From Chiloscyllium plagiosum (taxonomy: Eukaryota): a stretch of DNA of 64,000 nucleotides. The notes beneath the pieces are model-generated. The model was not told the origin of the DNA and made no database searches. It saw only the letters and a list, made by a program, of their open reading frames with translations. Location of the stretch: positions 81,988,711-82,052,710 of the forward strand of contig NC_057718.1 of the NCBI RefSeq assembly GCF_004010195.1. Direction: 5' to 3'. The position numbers and the translations under genes were made by a program. Shown piece after piece: positions 1 to 12,600 of the stretch (position 1 is the first letter of the stretch; every line of letters starts with the position of its first letter).

Positions 1-895
1 ATCTAAACCTTTAACACTATGGCAGTCCCAGTCGATGTTTGGAAAGTTAAAATCCCTGACCATAACTACCCTATTATTCTTACAGATAGCTGAGATCTCC
101 TTTCAAGTTTGTTTCTCAATTTCCCTCTGACTATTTGGGGGTCTATAATACAATCCCAATAAGGTGATCATCCCTTTCTTATTTCTCAGTTCCACCCAAA
201 TAACTTCCCTGGATGTATTTCCAGGAATATCCTCCCTCAGCACAGCTGTAATGCTATCCCTTATCAAAAATGCCACCCCCCTCCTCTCTTGCCTCCCTTT
301 CTGTCCTTCCTGTAGCATTTGTATCCTGGAACATTAAGCTGCCAGTCCTGCCCATCCCTGAGCCATGTTTCTGTAATTGCTATGATATCCCAGTCCCATG
401 TTCCTAATCATGCCCTGAGTTCAGCTGCCTTCCCTGTTAGGCCCCTTACATTGAAATAAATGCAGTTTAATTTATTAGTCCTACCTTGTCCCTGCCTGCC
501 CTGACTGTTTGACTCACTTCTGTTCTCAACTGTACCAGTCTCAGATTGATCTCTTTCCTCACTATCTCCCTGGGTCCCTCCCCTCACCTCCTTACTAGTT
601 TAAATCCTCCCAAGCAGCTCTAGCAAATCTCCCTGCCAGTATATTAGTCCTCTTCCAATTTAGGTACAATCCGTCCTTCTTGTACCGGTCATTTCTACCC
701 CAAAAGAGATTTCAATGATCCAAAAATGTGAATCCTTCTCCTGTACACCAGCTCCTCAGCCATGCATTCATCTGCTCTATCCTGCTATTCCTGCCCTCAC
801 TAGCTCGTAGCACCAGGAGTATTCCAGAAATTACTACTTTCTAGGACCTCCTTTTTAAATTCCTGCCTAACTCTCTGTAATCACCCTTCAGAATC
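1..895 (-). mobile_element. CR1 LINE fragment: ORF1 esterase C-terminus and start of ORF2 AP endonuclease
   Basis: Minus strand reads VVISGILLV...MNAWLRSWC...DGLYLNW...LAGRF (SGNH-esterase-like, with stops), then IWVELRNKKGMITLLGLYYRPPNS. Confidence 0.88.
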
Positions 896-1099
896 TGTGT
901 TTTTCAGACAGTCAGCTCAATTTGGGGAAAAGTTCACTTGATTTTGTTGTGAAAGACTGGTTTCTATAACTCAAGTGTTTTAAATTTGAACCATAATACT
1001 TTGTGTCTCATATCGTAATAGCAGCCGGGTGCATGTATTTTATGAGTAAAATACCTGACTCTACAGGTTTAAGTGCCTGTTGAGAATAGTTCACAGGCA

Positions 1100-2885
1100 A
1101 CAACTGACTTGGTTACGTGAGATTCAGGGCGAGCTCACCAACTGGAGACAAAATTGGCTTGATGGTAGGAGACAGAGGGTGATGGTGGAGGTTCATTTTT
1201 CAGACTGGAGGCTACTGAACAGCAGTGTTCCACAGTGTTTGCCATTTGTACAAACGGTTTGGATGAGAATATAGGAGGCGTGGTTAGTAAGTTTGCAAAT
1301 GATGCCACAACTCGCGATATAGTGGCCATGAAGAAAGTTACCCAATCAATTGAGTTAATGGGCTTCGAAGAGGCAGATAAATGCGAGGTTTTGCATTTTG
1401 GTAAAACAAAGAGCCGGACTTATACAATTCATGGTAGGGCCATGGGCAGTGTTGTAAACAGAAAGATCTACAGATTCAAGTACATAATTCTTTGAAATTT
1501 GCACCATATGTAGGCAGGATAGTAAAGTGGGCATTTAGCAAGCTTGTCTTCATTGTTCAGACTTTAGGGTGTAGGTTTGCACGCTGAGCTGTAGGTTTGA
1601 TATCCAGACCTTTCATTACCTGGCTAGGGAACATCATCAGTGGCGACCTCCAAGTGAAGCAAAGCTGTTGTCTCCTGCTTTCTATTTATATCTTTCTCCT
1701 GGATGAGGTTCCTGGGGTTTGTGGTTTGTACAGGGCATTGGTGAGACTTCTTCTGGAGTACTGTGTGCAGATCTAGTAGCCCTGCTATAGGAAGGATATT
1801 ATTAAATTGGAGATAGTTCAGAAAAGATTTGCCTGCATGTTGCTGGAAATGCAGGGTTTGAGTTATAAAAATAGGCTGGATAGGCTGGGACATTTTTTTT
1901 GGAACATAGGAGGTTGAGGAGTGACCTTATGAGGGTTTATAAAATCATGAGGGGCATAGATCAGGTGAATAGCAAAGACCTTTTTACAAGGGTGAGGGAG
2001 TTCGAAACTAGGAGACATATTTTTAAGGTGAGTGGAAAAAGTTTAAAAAGAGGGGTATGCTTTCCTTTATTGGTCAGAACTCCTTTATAGGAGTTGAGTG
2101 GAGAAATGTCAGATGAGTTTAATCCAGACAAGTGTGAGGTGATGCATTTTGGGAGGTCAAATGCAAGCAAAAAGCAGGCCTCTCGGACCGTTGTTATACA
2201 AAGGGATCTTAGGATTCAAGTCCATGCTCCCTGAAAGTAGAAAAGGTGGTGAAGAAGGCTTATGGCCTTCACAGGTTGGGGTACTGAGCAAGAAGTTGTC
2301 AAGTCATGTTATAGTTGCATCAGACTTTAGTTAAGCCACATTTAGAGTACTTGTATGCAGTTCCGGTATCATTCTATAGGATGAATGTGAAGGCTCTGGG
2401 GACGGTGCAAAAGAAGTTTACCAGGATGTTGCCTGGATAGGAGTACATTAACGATAAGGAGATCATGGTCAAACTTGGATTGTTTTTGTTACAGGGTCAG
2501 AGGCTGACAGATGATCTGATAGAAAAATAACAATTTATGAGATGGATGGAAAAGGTGAATAGTTGGAGCCTTTCTCCCAAGGTGGAAATGTCAATATTAG
2601 GTTTAAGGTGATAGTGGAAAGGTTTAAAAGGAGATATGCGAGGAAAGTTTTTTGCACAAAAGATGATGGGTGTTTTGAATGTGCTGCAAGGGGGGTTGAT
2701 AAAAGCAGATACATCACCAAAGTTTAAGAGGCATTTAGAGAGACACATGAACAGGCAGGGAATACAGCAATATGGACCATCTACACACAGCTGGATTCGT
2801 TTAGAAATGACACCACGATCAACACAGAAATGGTGGGCCAAAGATCTTGTTCCTGTGCTGTACAATTCTAAGATCTATGTGTTCA
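1100..2885 (+). mobile_element. Two tandem decayed CR1 RT/3' fragments
   Basis: NWLDGRRQRV, VSKFAND, KCEVLHFG, RRLRSDLMRVYKIM motifs, frameshifted. Confidence 0.85.
1568..1725 (-). mobile_element. Penelope-like terminal fragment with hammerhead motif (1604-1643), nested in CR1
   Basis: Similar to the termini at 37.2, 46.8 and 52.6 kb; CCA-CTGATGA-T-GTTCCC-tagcca-GGTAAT-GAAA-GG-TC-TGG. Confidence 0.8.
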
Positions 2886-3619
2886 AGTGTAAAGCTCAGA
2901 AAGAACATAAGAACACAGGAAAGAGGAGCAGGAGGAGGTCATTCAGCCCATTGAAACTACTTTGCTGTTTTTCCACTATTCTCAAATCTCTTTATGTCAC
3001 CTGTATCTAAAAATCTGTGAATTTCTTTCTTGAACATGTTGAATCATTGAGTTATCAGAGTCCTTGGGCATAAAGAATATTGAGAATAAAGAGAGGAAGA
3101 GAGACTATTAATCAGTGTATAACTGTACTGAGAAATCTAGGTGAAATCTTGAGAATTTAAACAAATAAAGGATGATCCTTGGAATAATATTGCCTTAGGG
3201 ATAAGAAATCTTGTGAGAGAATGTTTGCTGAGAAAAAAAGATACACTCAAGAAAACTAATGGCATGTGCAGAAGCTCTGAGATTATTGATGGGAGAATAG
3301 ATGAGGTTTAACATCTTGCTAAGAGACAGAAACCTAACAAGCACAAGTCAATTAAAACAAGTAAGGACATTGTTTTTATGCTCATCCTTCTGTTCAAAGG
3401 CCAAAACTGATGTACATTTTTGGGGAGGGGGGTGGGGCTGAGAAATCACAAGAAGATTAGAAAGCATGACAATGGGTAGAAGCAGTGGTCTAATTGGAAG
3501 AATGATGTGGAGGTGCCAATGTTGGACTGGGGTGGACACACTTCACTTGGAGGAATAGGGCTTGTGATTTCAAATAAACCTGTTGGACTATAACCTGTGA
3601 CATCTGACCTAATTGGAAG

Positions 3620-5690
3620 ACGCTAAGTCATTTGCATGCAAATATTTTGCTCGAAAGAAGAAAAGGAACCTATTGAGATGATTGCTGCAAAGATTTCTGA
3701 CATATCAGTCTATGCGTTAGCGTAAATTGCCATTCTCAATTCTTAGGGTATAATAAGATGTGCATTGGCAACTGCACCAAGTGAATGTGAAGTATCAGAA
3801 AACATTGCTGCTATGTGCAATAACATGAACTTCTCAGATTTCTGTCAAGATGGTGACCCAAAAACAAAGCTGTTAAAGGCAAAGCACTATGAAGGCATAA
3901 TGCTCATTCCAAGAGGACAAACTAAGCTAAGAGTCCAAAACACCATGAAGAAGGAAGATCTGCAGTTCGAGATAGTGGACATGAAGCAAAATCCCCATAC
4001 CTCAGCTGAAATAAATCAGAAGCTTGGACTGATGATCCTTCACATAGCAGAAGAAATTGACGGTGTTGTGCATATCACCAAAGTATTGACTGTTGAACAG
4101 ATTCTAACAGGCTACATCTTGCTCAAATAATGTAAACTAAACAATGAGATGAAAATCTTCAAATTCTACATCTAAAGAAAGGATGGCCTTAAACCATTAA
4201 AGTAAAACAATACTGGGCATACAGAGACAAAATGACTGCAAGGGAAGGCACCTTGTACAAAGGCGCATTTGTCCATAAAGAAATGCGAAAAGAGATTAAG
4301 TTTTTTAAAAAATTCATTCATGGGATGGGGACATCACTGGCGCGGCCAGCATTTATTGCCCATCTCTAATTGCCCAGAGGGTAGTTCAGAGTCAACCACA
4401 TTACTGTGGGTCTGGAGTCACAATAAGCCAGACAGGAGATCTCCTTTCCTGAAAATGAACCAGATGGGATTTTCTGTCAATTGGTGGTGGATCATGGTCA
4501 TCATTAACTTCTTAATTCCAGATTTTAAAAAAATTGAATTCAAATTCCACCACTTGCCATGGCGGGATTCAAACCTGGGTCCCCAGAATACAATCTGGAT
4601 TAATAGTATAATGATTAATGCCAGTAGACCACCACCAACCCACAAGACATAAGAAAATCAAATCTAATCTGAGGAAGATAATGGAAGTGCTCCACAGGGG
4701 CAACAAGATACAGCTAGTGCTGTGCTTGTAATGAACATCAAGTTAAATTGGTTAAATAATTGGTGATGACATAACATCCCAAACAGACCATGGATGAATT
4801 TTGCAGTGAACCTCTTCACTCTCAGAAACTGATATATCAGAGTTAGCTACTATTCACTCCTAGAAATTATATCTGTTGATGTTTTTGATCTCCAGTAATA
4901 TATCAGGTAACCTTTCAGTCATTAGGGCATTCAAATGGTGAACACAATGGACCTAAACACTGGCGAGGCCATCACTAGTTTTTCTTTTTTTTGAACAAGA
5001 GGTTGAGGTGAACAATTGGACTTTGAATAGCAGATTGCTTTAAAGAAGAGGAGGATGAAAACAGATGTTTGCTGTTGGGAACTGGCCTAGAAGATAAAGC
5101 AACTTAGTTATTGTTCCAAGGATACTATAGGCCAATTGGCACTAAGATGTTGCTACAGTCCGGGCTGGCATCCATGTGGTTGTGATGGCCAACCAGGCAG
5201 GTGCGATGCTAACCAGCCAACCATAGAGAATCTTGATTGGAAAGGGAGAGAAAAGCAACCCTACCGAGCAAATTTGATTCCGCTGACAGAACAAGGAACT
5301 GAAACACTCTTAATCCCAGATATCAACCTTTTCCCCAACAAATGTAATTGATCATCAACCTTAGTAGTGACACTTCCCAGAAATGCAACCTCACCCCAGG
5401 GAACCAAAAGGCACCAAATGAACCATTAAAAACTTACAGGGGCATCATAAGACAACCCGATTGCTTTGAAAAAAAGTGTGCAATAAATTAATGGGGGGCA
5501 CAAACTGGATAGACTAGAAAGAACTTCATGTTCATGCATGATCAACTTTATCAATTGTAACATGAAAGTATGCTAAATGCATATTTTTGTGAAAAGGGGA
5601 AATGTTTGGCCAAATACCTTTGCACATTGTATATTGTCATGTCCATGTGACCTCTTTGCCATGATCTACTTTACTCATCATGTAGAGCTC
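3620..5690 (+). mobile_element. Highly decayed Ty3/Gypsy LTR retrotransposon remnant
   Basis: ORF 3765..4130 looks like a Gypsy protease region (LQFEIVDMKQNP..SAE...LGL); integrase-like IPNRPWM.FAV.LF...YYS at ~4770-4860; purine tract gaaaaggggaaa followed by TG at ~5603. Confidence 0.55.
4310..4640 (-). mobile_element. tRNA-derived SINE (head+tail version of the long element at 11.7 and 33.4 kb)
   Basis: Box B GGTTTGAATCC 4565-4575; body matches 11700-11940; tail gggcaattagagatgggcaataaatgctggcc...cccatgaatgaa matches 14260-14325. Confidence 0.8.
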
Positions 5691-6009
5691 TGATTGGAAT
5701 CCAAATCCATTACTGGATCTCTACTGAAGGCAGAAAAACCGTGCAGGCTTATGAGGAAGGATCACCAGATCCGAAGCATTAACTTTGACTTCTCTGCACA
5801 GATACTGCCAGACCCTGCTGAGCTTTTTCAGCAGTTATTTCTGATTTACAGCATCCGCAGTTCTTTCAGTTTCTATTATAATATACGGTGCATATCGCAA
5901 ATAACTGGTTTACACGGGTGGTGAAGGGGTTTAACCACTAAAATCCTCCTCCAGCTGTTCACCAATTTGCACATAAACTAAAACGTAGCTCTTGTTTTTT
6001 TAAAAAAGT

Positions 6010-6545
6010 AAATCAGTGTTCTCTCGCAAGCAGCACCCCCTCGGGCGAATTAGACCAACGTGAAGAAGGAAATAAACATTAAGCTTAAAATGTATAAACG
6101 TGCGATGTTTAAAACCAAACTCCTCGTCACATTGCGTTGTAAAAACAAATTAAAACCACATCCTCCTCCAGGTCGGTGACTTAGTGAATACATAAATAAC
6201 CCGGTTTGACCTCTCAGCCTCAAGACTAATCTCGAAGTCAAAACCCCTGACCTTCAGGCTTTTTGTCAAGTCGTCCCTCCGGATGATAGTCCCCTGAACA
6301 TTAAACCTGGGGCCTGAAAGGCCTCTCTTGTCTTTATCTCCGGCCGCTCCAGGAGGCCTGCGTTTCCCGGTTACCAGGCAACAGCCACATCCGGTACTGG
6401 GAACCGCCCTTCCGCTGATGTCATATGCCCGCACGTGCTGAAGCACATTGGGAAGCAGGGGCCTGTGACAAAAGCCTGTCCATTATTCTCAAACCACAAG
6501 TCAGCAGGGCGGTGCAATACACTTGCCTTGCCTGACATACGGCTC
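6010..6545. promoter_or_regulatory. CpG-rich promoter of an unidentified gene, probably transcribed leftwards
   Basis: X-box GTTACC-A-GGCAAC 6370-6382; ETS-like ACCGGATGT (-) ~6387-6395 and GCGGAAG (-) ~6410; E-box CACGTG ~6432; candidate minus-strand donor AAG|gtcagg ~6250. Confidence 0.65.
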
Positions 6546-6729
6546 AAGATGTACTCAAAGAATGGATACCAGCTAGGTCAAAGTGGTCTGTTTTTCACAC
6601 CTTCACAACCATCCGATGAAGCTGGTGCTTCCAAGTAAACCTGTTGGACTATAACTTGGTGTTGTGTGATTTTTAACTTTCTTCACCCCCTTCAGCATTC
6701 ATTCCCTTTACTTCCAATGCACATGGTAG

Positions 6730-7590
6730 TAAATGCACACTATCCACAAGGGTGTAATATGTTGAGGCTCTTTCAACAGGACCTTCAACATCTGCAACCG
6801 CTACCACCACCTTGAAAGGCAGCAGATGCATTAGCATCCTACCACCTAAAGTCCCCTTCAAGTCACTATAATCCTGATTTTGAACTATATCACCATACGT
6901 TCACTTGGTCAAAATCCTGGAACTTCCTTCTGATTGTTCTATGGGTGTCCTACACCTTAAGGACTGCAGTGGAAGGCAACGTACTGTAACCTTCAGGGCA
7001 ATTAGGAATGGTCTATCCAGCAATACCCTACCTTCTTCAGGGCAATTAGGAATGACTTGGCCAGCAATACCTACAGCCTATGAACAAATAGAACAAAACC
7101 ACTAACAAAAGTGTGATAGTAAACCAACCAGTTGTCTATGCTATTACCTACAACACCATGCTTCTTTGCCTTGTGTAGTAAACTATTTGTGGCATGTTGA
7201 TAAATCTGAATATACTATAGTTACTAATTCCTTTTTATTCACCCTGTGCTTTACACCCTCAGAGAATTCCAGTAAGCATCAAATGCAAGTTCCTCCACAG
7301 AATCATACTGATTCTACCTCATTGTATTATGATTTTCTCAATATCCTGGCACTACCTCCACCTGCAAATTCCTCTGCAAGCTACTTAGCACCTTGACCTG
7401 GAAATGTATCGCTATTTCTCAGTGGTTGCTGGGTCAAAGTCCTGAAACTAACAGTATTTTGGATGTACTTATAACAAATGCACTACAAAGGTTCATAAAG
7501 GTAGCTGACCATCATCTAGTTAGGACAATTAGGGATGTACAATAAATGCTAGCCCAGCTAGCAAAGCCTATACCCCATCTTGAAAATAAT
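6730..7590 (+). mobile_element. Two 3' tail fragments of the CR1/L2-group LINE family seen at 11.7 kb
   Basis: ggtcaaaatcctggaac...gggcaattaggaatg motifs shared with 14160-14300. Confidence 0.65.
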
Positions 7591-9183
7591 GCATTCTACC
7601 ATTTTCCCAATGATATGCATTAACGTTCCTACTGTATCCTGCTTGTCATTTTGTTTGAATAATGGTATTCTATTTATAGTTTTCTAACCTATTAATGCCT
7701 TTCCAGAATCAAAGGAATTTTTGAAAATTATAAAGAACACATGCACTATCTCCTTCCAAGTCCAAGGACTTGAACCTTCAGTTCTATTAGCATCATACCT
7801 CCCCCCTACCACCGATTGATAGCCTTAAGTTTTTGCCTCTTGCTTTTCTACTTTTCTAGGGAAGCTGTCCATGTTGTTTACTGTGAAGACAAATATACTT
7901 ATTCAACACCACCGTTTCCTTGTTGTCTATTAGTAATTCTCAAGTCTCTCACCTTCTAAAGGGACCAACACTTACTTTGTCTACTTTCCTTTCGTAGACA
8001 TTTTCACCCGTTTTACAATGTCTTGTGAAGAGACCATTATATGCATCCATGTTGTTCAATGTCTTCATTCATCTCTCTTTTCGTAGTCATTCTAGAGTAA
8101 ATCATAACAGTTTGTCTCCTAGTTATGCTAAGACAAAACGCTTATTAAAACAATTAATTTTGATGCATGGTCATTACATCAATGTATCAACCTTACTTCT
8201 CTGCACAGGCTGACTGACATGCTGCATGTTTCCATTTTTATTTTTATACTTTTAGTTCCAGCAAAATTATTTTGCTTTTGTTTTTTATAATGTTTAATAA
8301 ATTAGTATTGAAGAAAAAGATACAACTGTATTTTCCAAAAGGTTTGTACTGTTACTCAATGACAGGGTGTCCCCATTTTTACAGATTGCAGAGAGGACAA
8401 GAGATTACTTATTAAAGCAACATTTCCAAAATATATGCACACACATTGTGGCTTATAGAGATTACTGGATTTGGGTCATTGGTAAACTAAGCATGGAAAC
8501 CAACGTCATCACCTGTAGGAGGAAAATACAATATTGAAATTGATACCAGTTGTAGGAGAAAGTACAAGGCATTTTACTCAGTCAAACGCAATTAAATGGC
8601 TTCCAAAACATTCATACATGACCACCACCGAGACACTAGTTTCGCAAAACAGTTGCAATTTAATAGTAACAAAATGTTAGCTCTGACTAACAGATGACAA
8701 TATCTCATTAGCAATCAAAGTAATTCTGATTGTTTTAAAAAAAAAGTTTCAAATTAATCTGGTTTCTTCAACAAATTAAAAGGATTAGGGTTGGCCTGAA
8801 CCCTAACACTAGGACAAACTTTGTTAGGATGAACAGTCCATTTTAGTTTTATGAATTCAATCTGCATTCCTCTTGAGTTTCTTCAACCCTGCACTGGTGG
8901 CTGCATACTCAGTTGCTGAGATGAAAGCTGCTGAATTCCCTTGCTAAACTTATCCACTCCTCTGCACTGATCTACCCCTTAAAACCCGCATGATTGAATA
9001 AGCTTTTCTTCAAATATACAAGTGTTTCCTGAGTTAACGGTCAAACTTTGTCTGATAATGTTGCTGTGAAGTGCCAAGATGTTTTATTGCAGTAAACATA
9101 TAAAAATAAAGGTTGTCGTAGCTGCAAAAACAAAGAGCTGAATACTTGTAATAGTCAATCTCAAGTCTTTGAACAATAAACAT

Positions 9184-9189
9184 TTTATT
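9184..9189 (-). terminator. Candidate POLR3F polyadenylation signal AATAAA
   Basis: tttatt on + strand ~420 nt past the stop codon; other candidates near 9085 and 8240-8300. Confidence 0.35.
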
Positions 9190-9603
9190 CAACTGTCTTG
9201 ATAACTGTCAAGTAAAGTTTAAACCAGAAATGTATGGATACAAAATAAATTAAATGTTGTTCTATTAAAATAAAAACCCTCAGCTTTACTTTTCTTCCTT
9301 TCACATTCAAAACTCTGCAGATTCAATTCTTCTCATATCTTGCCATTGTGGGCCGAGCTCCATCCTCATTTCCATTAATTATTCATTGAAGGGGGAGCTA
9401 GGAAAGTACGATGAAAAGAACAGAAGGATTTTTTTGAAGAGGGATTGAAAGAGTCTTGGAGAATAAACACTGTCATAGACCAGATGGAACACAATGGTCC
9501 GTTTCTATGCTGTGCACAATAAAAATCCATCCAGGCCATGCCAGCAGTTTTAAATGGTCCAACAATTGATCTCTAAAGTCTGTCTTTGTTATGCCAATAT
9601 TGG

Positions 9604-9681
9604 CTAGAATTCCAGCCATTCTGTCATATAGATGCAGGTCGATGGAGAAATCTCCCCACCTTCATGGCAATCATCAAATAC
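9604..9681 (-). CDS. POLR3F: POLR3F exon 9, last coding exon ([25 protein letters not shown])
   Basis: Acceptor acttttcag, TAG at 9606-9604. Confidence 0.97.
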   Translation of the reverse strand, partial: VFDDCHEGGEISPSTCIYMTEWLEF

Positions 9682-12600
9682 CTGAAAAGTATGAATAGAG
9701 GAATTAAACACAAACAGAATAGGACAAGCAATATACAGAACCAACGTAAGCCTACAAATCAACAGAGCGGTGCAGCATCAAGCAGGTATCCAAAAATTAA
9801 AAAGAAATCCTTCTGCTTAATACTGCAGTTAACTATGTACTTTTGGAGAAAAACAATTTGAGATGCTCGGAAACAAAAACAGAAATTTCTGGAAAAATAG
9901 CAGGTCTGGCAGCACCTAGTCATATAAACATGCAGCACAGTGAAAAAAGTCCCAGTCTATCCAGCCTCAATTTAAAACCCACCAGTCCTGGCACCATTCT
10001 GCCAAATCTTTTGTGAACCATCTCTAATTTAAAAATATCCTTCCTATAACAGGGTGACCAGAACTGTACACAGTACTCCAAAACTGGCCTCAATCAATGT
10101 CCTGAACAACCTCAATATGAGGTCCCAACTCCGAGACTCAATGGTGTGAGCAATGAAGGTAAGCGTGCCAAACACCTTCTTAATCAGAGTCTACCTGTGA
10201 TGCAACTTTTAAATTGTGGAGAGAAAGCAGAGTTAATGTCACATTAAAACGTAAAACATTAACTCTGCTTTCTCTCCACAGATGCTGCCAGACCTGCTGT
10301 GTTTTTCCAGCAATTTCTGTTTTAGTTTGATCTCAGATTCCACAGTTCATTGCTTTTTATTTTTAGGTGATGATCTGTTTAACAACTATGTTTCTCTGGA
10401 AGACAATTACTTGTTTAAAAAAAAAGACAGACTTGTTTGCCTATTCAGTCAATGAAGTACATTTTGAAGTGTAGTTATAGTTGTATGTTTAAAGAAAAGA
10501 AAAACAGCCCAATTACAGAGCATTGATTGTTGAACCTGCAAGCAATCACCTTGGATTAGATGTCCAGAGTTTCTGCCTCCTGAGAGAGTTTACATAAACT
10601 TGTTGGGAGGGGGGAACATCATCTAGTATACTAGCAACTCAAAGGACTGTCAGCAGCTACGTAAAGGAGAGGGAAGATCATATAAGTGGAAATGGCTCTT
10701 TAAGTTGTGGATGAAAAGGAAACGGCAGTACTAATGTGTCTTCTTTTCCAAAACAGCAGTACCTGCAGCAGTCTAATATGCAAACTCAGGAATTCCCTTA
10801 CTAAACCTCTTCTACAAGATCTCCATTAAACTTTTCTTTTCTAATATCTCCTCCTTTGGCTTCTGATTTATCAAGAACCTTGGGAAAAATTTCTGTATTA
10901 ATGCACAAAGAAATGTTTTTGTATGCACAGTGACATATTACAACTCAAAACTGTGGTGTTAGTTGCAGCAAAATAGCCAAATACAAAATACAAAATAAAA
11001 TAAAATAAATAATTTTGGGAGCAAGGGGAGGATTTGAAAATACTATTAACGACAATTTTGCTGTCATTAAAAGTTCTGTCAATGTTTTTATAACAATAGC
11101 TCTGCACTCTTTCAATCATTACAGTTACTCCATTGCTGTGATAACAGTTCTAGGAGAACAGTCTGCCAGCAATGAGCAGCAGATAACAGGTGTTGTGTAT
11201 ATCAAAAACAGCAATAAAAACTTGAAGTCACAAATTAATCCAAACTGAAACACAGGAAAAGAAGAACATGCGATTTTCCTAAAATGCATCAAAAATTGAA
11301 ATCTGTGGAGTATGCACTTCCAAAACAAAGGAATGTAGAAGTATAGTTTATATTTAACCACTGATCAGGAAGTCAGCATAAGGGACTTTTGTAAAAACTA
11401 TGCATATTTTAGTTGGAAAGATAAAGCTGAAAAATGCAAGATTTATGATTAGCTTGTTTTTAGAACTCAAAAGGAAAAGTGGGACTGAAACAGGATTTGG
11501 TAGTTTTGCAAGACATGTTGGCACTAGATTTTCTTTGAGGGGGAAAAGAAAGTAACTGTCGAATATTAACTTGTGGATTGGTTCAAATAACAGTCTTTCA
11601 CTGAACTGAGAGAAGACAGAACAGCTGGAACAAGGCCACCAAAAAGACTGTCAGCAAGCAAAATCACTCTGTCAGGGCAGGCGATGGCATAGTGGTATTA
11701 TCATGAAACTATTAATCCAGAAACTCAGCTAATGTTGTGGGGACCTAGGTTTTAATCCTGGCAGATTGTTGAATTTGAATTTAATAAAAAAATCTGGAAT
11801 TCTACTGATGATCATGAAACTATTGATGACAGTTGGAAAAACCCATCTGGCTCACTCATGTCCTTCTGCCATCCTCACCTGATCTTGCCTACATATGACT
11901 CCAGATCTACTGCAATGTGTTTGACTCTCAATTGCCCTCTGAAATGGTTTAGCAATGCACTCAGTTGTAACAATCAAAATCTCAACACAGAAATGAAACC
12001 ACTTAGCAGTGATCCAGAAAGATAATCTCCTGCTGATTACCATACACCATTCTCCCTCAGCTGATGAATCAGTACTCCTCCAGTTGAAAAGCACTTGGAG
12101 GAAGAACGGAGGGTGGCAAGGTACTCTGGGTGGGGATTTCAAAGCCCACCATCAAGAGTACTCTGAAGCAACACTGCTGGTCTGGTCTGACATCAAGGGA
12201 GCTTACGAGAAAAAACATACTTAACCTCATCCTTACCAATCTGTCAGCTGCAGATACATCTGTCCGTGACAGTATTGGGAAGGGTGACCACTACACTGTT
12301 CTTGTGGAGACAAAGTCCACCTTCATATTGGGAAAACCTACAATCATGTTGATACTATCATCATGCTAAATGGGACAGACTTTGAAGTGATTGGGCATCC
12401 ATTACACAGTATATGCTATCAACAGCAGCAATTCCAAAACAATCTGCAAAGCCAGGCCTAACATACACCCCATCCCCCCACATCCACACCCTCACCACAC
12501 TCCAAAACTCAACCATCACCATCAAGCCAGATTCAATGGAGACAGCAAGAGGGGATGCCAGGAGCAGCACTGGATATACCTAAAATGAGTTGTCAACCTG

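Noticed and set aside
6150-6446. 98-aa minus-strand ORF in the CpG patch
   Set aside because: Starts at GTG, no recognisable homology, expected by chance in GC-rich promoter DNA.
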